Positions 16,458 through 21,992 of a stretch of DNA of 21,992 bases are shown piece after piece (position 1 is the first letter of the stretch; the number at the start of each line of letters is the position of its first letter). The DNA lies in contig CALZJC010000012.1 in NCBI GenBank assembly GCA_945787525.1, positions 1 to 21,992 of the forward strand. Reading direction: 5' to 3'. The position numbers and the translations under genes were made by a program. The notes beneath the pieces were generated by a model that did no database searches, had not been told where the DNA came from, and worked only from the letters and a program-made list of their open reading frames with translations. The stretch comes from Thermoanaerobaculia bacterium. GTDB lineage: Bacteria > Acidobacteriota > Thermoanaerobaculia > Multivoradales > JAHEKO01.

Positions 16458-17823
16458 CGCCGCCCCCGCGCCGCGCCAGGGCGCGACGCCGAAACTCGTC
16501 GCCGCGCCGTTCGAAGTTGTCGTACTGATCGAAGCTGGCGCAGGCCGGCGACAGGACCACGGCCTCGCCCGGCCGCGCCGCCGCGCCGGCCGCCGCCATC
16601 GCGCTCGCCAGATCGCCGCTCATCTCGTGCGGCGTGGCCCCGCCCAGGGCGTCGCGAAACAGCTCCGCCGCCTCGCCGATCAGATAGAGCCGCGCCGCCT
16701 TGCGCCGCACCGGCCCACCGATCTGCCGCGGGTCGGCACCCTTGTGGCGGCCGCCCAGGATCAGGTGGACCGAGCCGTCGGCAAAGCCCTCGAGCGACCT
16801 CGCCGCAGAGCTCAGGTTGGTCGCCTTGGAGTCGTTGTACCAGTCGACGCCGTCGATCGTCGCCACCTTCTCCAGACGGTGCGGCAGGCCCCGGAAGGAG
16901 GCCAGACCGGCGCGCAGCCGCTCGGCCGGGGCGCCGGCGGCGCGGGCCAGCAGGGCCGCCGCCATGGCGTTCTCCAGGTTGTGCTCGCCGGCCAACGGCA
17001 GATCACGGCGCCCGAACAGCTCGGCCGGAGGCCGCCCCGGCTCGACCTCGACGACCCGGTCCCCATCCAGATAGCAGCCATCGGCCACCGGGCCCAGACG
17101 CGAGAACCAGCGCCTGCGGGCAGCCAGCGCGACGCCCGCTACCAGCGGATCGTCGGCGTTGAGTATCGCCACTTCCCGGCCGGTCTGGCGGGCGAACAGG
17201 GCGCGCTTGGCGGCGGCGTACAGGCCGACATCGGAGTGGCGGTCGAGATGATCGGCGCTGATGTTGAGCAGCGCCGCGGCGCATGGCCGGAAGCGGCTCA
17301 CCGTCTCGAGCTGGAAGCTCGACAGCTCGGTGACAAACAGGCGGCCGGCCTTGCCGGCCACGCAATCGGCCAGCGGCCGGCCGATGTTGCCGCAGACCTC
17401 GACCGCGTAGCCGCAGGCCTCCAGCAGCGCACCGGTCAACGCCGTGGTCGTGCTCTTGCCGTTGGATCCGGTGATGCCCAGGACCGGCCCGTCGAGGCAG
17501 CGGAAGGCCAGCTCCACCTCGGCCATCACCGGCACCAGGCGGCGGCGGGCGGCAACGACCAGGGGCCGGTCGAGCGGCACGCCGGGGCTCAGCACCAGCA
17601 GATCGACATCCGGCGGCAGCTCCCGCGGCTCGGCGCCCAGGGCCAGCTCGACCCCCGGATCGGCGATCAGCTCGTCGAGGTCCAGATCGGCCGGGGAACG
17701 GCGGTCGGCCGCCAGGACGTCGACCCCGCGGGCCCGTAGCAGACGGGTGGCGGCGCGACCCGAGAGTCCGAGCCCGTAGACCAGCGCCCGCTGCCAGGGC
17801 ATCTGCGTATCCGCCTCGATCAT
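16450..17823 (-). CDS. murD: UDP-N-acetylmuramoylalanine--D-glutamate ligase MurD (457 aa).
   Basis: …VLGITGSNGKSTTTAL… Mur ligase P-loop and C-terminal domain. ATG 17823..17821 overlaps the mraY TGA as ATGA. The supplied 1056-aa ORF is a stop-free read-through. Confidence 0.93.
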   Translation of the reverse strand: MIEADTQMPWQRALVYGLGLSGRAATRLLRARGVDVLAADRRSPADLDLDELIADPGVELALGAEPRELPPDVDLLVLSPGVPLDRPLVVAARRRLVPVMAEVELAFRCLDGPVLGITGSNGKSTTTALTGALLEACGYAVEVCGNIGRPLADCVAGKAGRLFVTELSSFQLETVSRFRPCAAALLNISADHLDRHSDVGLYAAAKRALFARQTGREVAILNADDPLVAGVALAARRRWFSRLGPVADGCYLDGDRVVEVEPGRPPAELFGRRDLPLAGEHNLENAMAAALLARAAGAPAERLRAGLASFRGLPHRLEKVATIDGVDWYNDSKATNLSSAARSLEGFADGSVHLILGGRHKGADPRQIGGPVRRKAARLYLIGEAAELFRDALGGATPHEMSGDLASAMAAAGAAARPGEAVVLSPACASFDQYDNFERRGDEFRRRALARRGGGDG

Positions 17824-18905
17824 CGCAGCTTGAGAGTCGACAGGCTGAGCAGGGCGAAGAGGATCGCGGCGATCCAGAAGCGCACGATGACCTTCGGCTC
17901 CGCCCAGCCCGACAGCTCGATATGATGGTGGATCGGCGCCATGCGCAGCACGCGGCGCCCGGTCAACTTGAACGAGACAACCTGGACGATCACCGACAGC
18001 ACTTCGATGACGAAGAGGCCGCCGACGATCAGCAGCTCGATCTCGTGCTTGGCCATCACCGCCACCATGCCGATGGAGCCGCCGATGGCCAGCGAGCCGA
18101 CGTCGCCCATGAACACTTCGGCGGGGTGGGAGTTGTACCAGAGGAAGCCGAGGCTGGCGCCCACCATGGCGCCACAGAAGATCGCCACCTCGCCGACCCC
18201 GCGTACGTACGGCACCTGCAGGTAACCGGCCACCACCGAGTTGCCGGCGACATAGGTGTAGACGGCGTAGGTGGCGGCGGCGATGAGCGTGGCGCCGATG
18301 GCCAGCCCGTCGAGACCATCGGTGAGATTGACCGCGTGTGAGGTGCTCACCAGCACCAGGGCGACGAACGGAAGATAGAGGATGCCCAGGCTGTAGACCG
18401 CATGCTTGAAGAACGGCAACGCCACCGTCGACTCGAACACATAGGGTGCCGGTAGGGACAGCACCGCCGCGGCGGCGGCAATGCCCACTACCACGGTCAG
18501 CAGCATCTTGGCGCGGGCGCTCAAGCCGAGGTTCTTGCCCCGCCTCAGCATGAGGTAGTCGTCGGTGAAGCCGATGGCGCCGAACGAGAGCATCACCCCG
18601 ACCGCCAGCCAGACGTAGGGATTCGCCAGATCGGCCCAGAGCAGGGTCGGCACCACTACCGCGAACACGATGAGCAGCCCGCCCATGGTCGGCGTGCCGG
18701 CCTTGTCGTGGTGCGCCTCGGGACCGACCTCGCGGATGCTCTGACCGACGGACCGCCGCTTCAGCTGTCGGATGAACCAGGGCATCAGCAGCAGACAGAG
18801 AAGAAAAGCGGTGAGCACGGCGATGGCGGTGCGAAACGTCAGATAGCGGAAGACGTTGAAGACCGCGAACCGCTCGCTCAGCGGGTAGAGCAGGTGGAAC
18901 AGCAT
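17820..18905 (-). CDS. mraY: Phospho-N-acetylmuramoyl-pentapeptide transferase MraY (361 aa).
   Basis: Ten-TM protein with …GTPTMGG…, …NLTDGLDGLA… and …MGDVGSL… motifs diagnostic of MraY. ATG 18905 overlaps the murF stop by 1 nt. Confidence 0.96.
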   Translation of the reverse strand: MLFHLLYPLSERFAVFNVFRYLTFRTAIAVLTAFLLCLLLMPWFIRQLKRRSVGQSIREVGPEAHHDKAGTPTMGGLLIVFAVVVPTLLWADLANPYVWLAVGVMLSFGAIGFTDDYLMLRRGKNLGLSARAKMLLTVVVGIAAAAAVLSLPAPYVFESTVALPFFKHAVYSLGILYLPFVALVLVSTSHAVNLTDGLDGLAIGATLIAAATYAVYTYVAGNSVVAGYLQVPYVRGVGEVAIFCGAMVGASLGFLWYNSHPAEVFMGDVGSLAIGGSIGMVAVMAKHEIELLIVGGLFVIEVLSVIVQVVSFKLTGRRVLRMAPIHHHIELSGWAEPKVIVRFWIAAILFALLSLSTLKLR

Positions 18906-20251
18906 CAGCCCGCCCCCTCGCTGTCGAGCACGCCGGCCACCAGCGTGTCCAGGGCAACGCCACGGGAGCCCTTGACCAGCAGCAGGTCGCCGTCGCGCAG
19001 CTGTTCCGCGACCGCATCGACCGCGGCGGCGGCGTCGGCGAACCAGAACGCCTCGGCGCCCTCCTGGCGCGCCCCGCGGACAATCTCGCGGGCCAGGTCG
19101 CCAACCCCGACAATCGGCGAAAAACCGACCTGCGCCGCCTCGCGCCCGGCCTGGAAGTGCATCTCCGGCGCTTGGTCTCCCAACTCGAGCATCTGGCCGA
19201 GGACAGCCCAGTGACGATCGGCGGCGATCCGCCGGCCGCTCTCCAAAGCGCGGCTGAGGGCCGCCGGGCTGGAGTTGTAGGAATCGTCGATGAGCCGTGC
19301 GCCACCGGGCAGAAGGTGCAGTACGCCGCGCATCGCCGCTGGCCGCGCGGTGGCCGCCACCGCCACGATCCGGTCGAGATCGACCCCGAGTCGATGGGCG
19401 CAGGCTGCGGCGGCGAGGAAGTTCTCGACGTTGTAGAGGCCGTGCAGCGCCAGACGGACCGCCACCTCTTCGTCGCCGACCCGCAACCGGAAGCTGGTGC
19501 TGGCACCGTCGGGCTCGACGCGTGGTGCGATCGCCCGGTAGTCGGCCTCGGTTTCGACCGCGAACCAGACCACCGGCCCATCGTGGCTCTCGGCGATGTC
19601 GACCACCCGCGGATCGTCACCGTTGGCCACCACCAGACCGCCCTCGACCAGGCCCTCGAGCAACTCGGCCTTGGCGGCGGCGATCGCCTCGATCGACGAG
19701 AAGTTCATCAGGTGGGCCGGCCGCACGTTGGTGAACACCGCCACGTCCGGACGACCCAGCCGGCTGACGCCGCCCAGCTCGCCCGGCGTCGACATGCCCA
19801 TCTCGGCCACCATCCACTCGGTCTCCTCGGGGATGCCGAGCAGCGCCAGCGGGAATCCGTAGAGGTTGTTCAGATTGCCCGGCGTCGCCGCCACCCGGTA
19901 GCGGCCGGCCAGCATCGCCGCCAGCAGCTCCTTGGTGGTCGTCTTGCCGATCGAACCGGTGATGCCCACCAGTCGCCGCGGCAGCCGCGCGCGCACCGCA
20001 CGGGTCAACCGATGCAGGGCGGCGAGCGAATCGTCCACCTGGATCAACGTCGCTCCGGCCGGCGCCGCCACCGGGCGCGTCACCACCGCCGCCGCGGCGC
20101 CGGCCGCCAGCGCATCGGTGACAAAGCGGTGACCGTCGACGCGCTCGCCGGGCAGGGCGAAGAACAGCTCGCCGCCCGCCAGGCGCCGCGAGTCGAGCGC
20201 CGCGCCGCGCCAGACGGTCGCCGGATCGCCGGAGATCAAGCGACCCTCCAT
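18905..20251 (-). CDS. murF: UDP-MurNAc-tripeptide--D-Ala-D-Ala ligase MurF (about 448 aa).
   Basis: The start is ATG 20251 (MEGRLISGDPATVW…), 13 nt after the murE stop. The supplied ORF start at 20368 overlaps murE. …VGITGSIGKTTTKE… P-loop. Confidence 0.93.
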   Translation of the reverse strand: MEGRLISGDPATVWRGAALDSRRLAGGELFFALPGERVDGHRFVTDALAAGAAAAVVTRPVAAPAGATLIQVDDSLAALHRLTRAVRARLPRRLVGITGSIGKTTTKELLAAMLAGRYRVAATPGNLNNLYGFPLALLGIPEETEWMVAEMGMSTPGELGGVSRLGRPDVAVFTNVRPAHLMNFSSIEAIAAAKAELLEGLVEGGLVVANGDDPRVVDIAESHDGPVVWFAVETEADYRAIAPRVEPDGASTSFRLRVGDEEVAVRLALHGLYNVENFLAAAACAHRLGVDLDRIVAVAATARPAAMRGVLHLLPGGARLIDDSYNSSPAALSRALESGRRIAADRHWAVLGQMLELGDQAPEMHFQAGREAAQVGFSPIVGVGDLAREIVRGARQEGAEAFWFADAAAAVDAVAEQLRDGDLLLVKGSRGVALDTLVAGVLDSEGAG

Positions 20252-20264
20252 GACCCTCGCCGCC

Positions 20265-21740
20265 TCATCTGCCCTGCCCTGTGCCAAACCTCTCCTCCAG
20301 CGCCTGGCGCGCCACATCGTGGTCGGAGAACGGCAGCCGGCGGTCACCGATGATCTGGACCGACTCATGTCCCTTGCCGGCCAGCAGCACCACCGAGCGC
20401 TCGTCGGCCACCGCCACAGCCCGGCGGATCGCCTCGCGGCGGTCGGGCACGATGCGGTAGTCCCGGTTCCCCGAGGCGATCAGCCCACGTTCCACCTCGG
20501 AGATGATCTCCAGCGGATCCTCGCTGCGCGGATTGTCGGTCGTCAGGATGGGCAGCTCGGCCGCGCCGGCGGCCTCTCCCATCGGGGCGCGCTTGCCGCG
20601 ATCGCGATCGCCGCCGCAGCCGAACACGACGATGCGGCGCTCGGCGCCCATCGCGCCCAGCGCTTCGATCACGGTGGCGAGGCCGCCGGGAGTGTGCGCG
20701 AAGTCGACCAGCACGGCAAACGGCGGGCCGGTGGTCACCGGCTCCAGCCGGCCCGGCAGCGGCGCCGTCGCCTCCACCGCCTCGGCCACTGCGTCGAGGG
20801 GCAGATCGAGCGCCACCGCGCCCGCCACCGCCGCCAGCAGGTTGTCGAGATTGAAGCCACCGAGCAGCGGCGAGCGCAGAACCAACTCGCCCACCGGCGT
20901 AGTGACGCGGGCGCGGATGCCGGCCAGGCCGAACTCTGCGCCGACCGCGTCCACGGCGCCGCCCGGGCCGAAGGTCAGCACGCCGGGCAGATCGGCAGCC
21001 AGGCGCCTGCCGTATTCGTCGCCGATGTTGACCACCGTCCTGCCGCCCGTCTTGAGCAGTGAGAACAGCTGACGCTTGGCGGCGAAGTAGCGCTCCATAT
21101 CAAGATGGAAGTCGAGATGATCGCGGCTCAGGTTGGTGAACAGCGCCAGGTCGAAGGCCGCGCCCGCCACCCGGCCGAGAACCAGGCCGTGCGAAGAGAC
21201 CTCCATGGCCGCCGCCCGCGCCCCCTCGCCGTGCCACTCGCGCAGCAGGCGGTAGAGGTCGGAGGCCTCCGGGGTGGTGCGCTCACCGGGCTCGAAGCGG
21301 TCGCCGAAGCGGTAGCCCAGAGTGCCGAACAGGGCGGCTGGCTTGCCCGCCGCGGTCAGCATCGCGGCCAGCAGATGCACCACCGTGGTCTTGCCGTTCG
21401 TGCCGGTCACCCCAGCCATCACCAGCTCGCGGTCGGGGTGGCCGTAGACCTCGGCGGCCAGCGGGCCGAGCAGGGCGCGCGGGTCGTCGACCTCGACCCA
21501 GGGCACCGGAAAACCGTCCGGCGCAGCGCCCCGCGCGACAACCACCGCCGCGCCACGGCGCACCGCGTCAGCGGCAAAATCACGCCCGTCGTACAGCTCA
21601 CCAGGCACGGCGACGAACACGTCGCCGGGCTCGACCCGGCGCGAGTCGTGGCGCACGCCGGCCACTTCGAGGCTCGCGGCGGCCGAGACGGGCAGATTCA
21701 GGCTCTCGATCAAGGTATCCAGTCTCACGTCATTCGGCAC
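20265..21740 (-). CDS. murE: UDP-MurNAc-L-Ala-D-Glu--2,6-diaminopimelate ligase MurE (about 491 aa). Contains the DNPR motif, so it is meso-DAP-specific.
   Basis: …GVTGTNGKTT… P-loop; …LTTDNPRSEDP… (DNPR rather than DDPR). GTG start at 21740 overlaps the ftsI stop by 11 nt; an alternative GTG exists at 21728. Confidence 0.93.
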   Translation of the reverse strand: MPNDVRLDTLIESLNLPVSAAASLEVAGVRHDSRRVEPGDVFVAVPGELYDGRDFAADAVRRGAAVVVARGAAPDGFPVPWVEVDDPRALLGPLAAEVYGHPDRELVMAGVTGTNGKTTVVHLLAAMLTAAGKPAALFGTLGYRFGDRFEPGERTTPEASDLYRLLREWHGEGARAAAMEVSSHGLVLGRVAGAAFDLALFTNLSRDHLDFHLDMERYFAAKRQLFSLLKTGGRTVVNIGDEYGRRLAADLPGVLTFGPGGAVDAVGAEFGLAGIRARVTTPVGELVLRSPLLGGFNLDNLLAAVAGAVALDLPLDAVAEAVEATAPLPGRLEPVTTGPPFAVLVDFAHTPGGLATVIEALGAMGAERRIVVFGCGGDRDRGKRAPMGEAAGAAELPILTTDNPRSEDPLEIISEVERGLIASGNRDYRIVPDRREAIRRAVAVADERSVVLLAGKGHESVQIIGDRRLPFSDHDVARQALEERFGTGQGR

Positions 21741-21992
21741 CGGCCGCGACGCCCAGCCAGAGCTCCACTACCTGGGGTAGCTCGCCGAGGGCGCTGCCCG
21801 GCGGCGGGCTCTGCCGGGCGACAAAGCCGCTGCCGTGCAGAGCCGGAGCGAGGCCGCTGCCGGCGGCCACGGTCAGGGCTCGGCGGGCGCTCAGACCGCG
21901 CAGGTCGGGCATCGTACCGGCGACAACGGCAGGCGGCGCCGGGCGGTTCTCCGCCAGCAGAAGCGGTGCGATCGGCTCCTCCGCGGCGGTGG
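21730..21992 (-). CDS. ftsI: Penicillin-binding protein (FtsI-like class B transpeptidase), 3' end only, ending in a PASTA-like domain. The 5' end lies beyond the window.
   Basis: The frame is open to the window edge. The C-terminal …AVVAGTMPDLRGLSARRALTVAAGSGLAPALHGSGFVARQSPPPGSALGELPQVVELWL* resembles a PASTA repeat. The position immediately upstream of murE is the canonical ftsI slot. Confidence 0.55.
   Translation of the reverse strand, partial: TAAEEPIAPLLLAENRPAPPAVVAGTMPDLRGLSARRALTVAAGSGLAPALHGSGFVARQSPPPGSALGELPQVVELWLGVAAGAE

Noticed and set aside
16450-19620. 1056-aa minus-strand ORF spanning murD, mraY and part of murF.
   Set aside because: Only the C-terminal 457 aa (MIEADTQ… onward) is MurD. 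The rest is a stop-free alternative frame over mraY and murF with low-complexity R/A/G/P-rich translation, a high-GC artefact.
1-21992. Search for CRISPR arrays, IS/transposase or integrase genes, tRNA/rRNA.
   Set aside because: No regularly spaced direct repeats of 25-40 nt, no DDE or tyrosine-recombinase-like ORFs, and no tRNA-like cloverleaf candidates were seen. The only structured repeats are the hairpins reported above.

Overview
This window is high-GC bacterial DNA with a strong G/C bias at codon third positions. Almost everything is transcribed on the minus strand.

The right two thirds (about 9.5-22 kb) is a textbook division and cell wall (dcw) cluster. The order is ftsI (3' end only, with a PASTA-like C-terminus), murE, murF, mraY, murD, ftsW, murG, murC, ftsQ, ftsA, ftsZ. 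The genes are packed with 1-8 nt overlaps, typically ATGA, GTGA or TGATG, and there is no murB or ddl between murC and ftsQ. A polytopic membrane protein that looks like the flippase-like LPG-synthase-TM/UPF0104 family is fused to the end of the operon: its start overlaps the ftsZ stop in an ATGA.

The left third is accessory-like and holds two modules:
- A small envelope-glycan module. It has a NeuD/PglD-type hexapeptide acetyltransferase, a sugar-1-phosphate nucleotidyltransferase and a GT-B-type glycosyltransferase on the minus strand, plus a divergently encoded DUF354 protein.
- A VanZ-like membrane protein followed by a tightly coupled 5-gene operon. The operon encodes a 175-aa helical protein of unknown function, a YdjI/COG4260-type SPFH (band-7) protein, and three paralogous zinc-ribbon proteins, two of which have C-terminal transmembrane helices.

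The SPFH protein's canonical C-terminal zinc-ribbon tail (…CGNKLPEGARFCPGCGTK) sits in the +1 frame relative to the SPFH domain. This looks like a frameshift at a G4/C4 run. A 20-bp imperfect inverted repeat nested around a smaller hairpin separates it from the first zinc-ribbon gene.

I found no rRNA, tRNA, CRISPR array or transposase signatures. Several very long ORFs in the supplied track (1056 aa, 790 aa, 624 aa, 495 aa) are high-GC read-through artefacts that fuse neighbouring genes or alternative frames.
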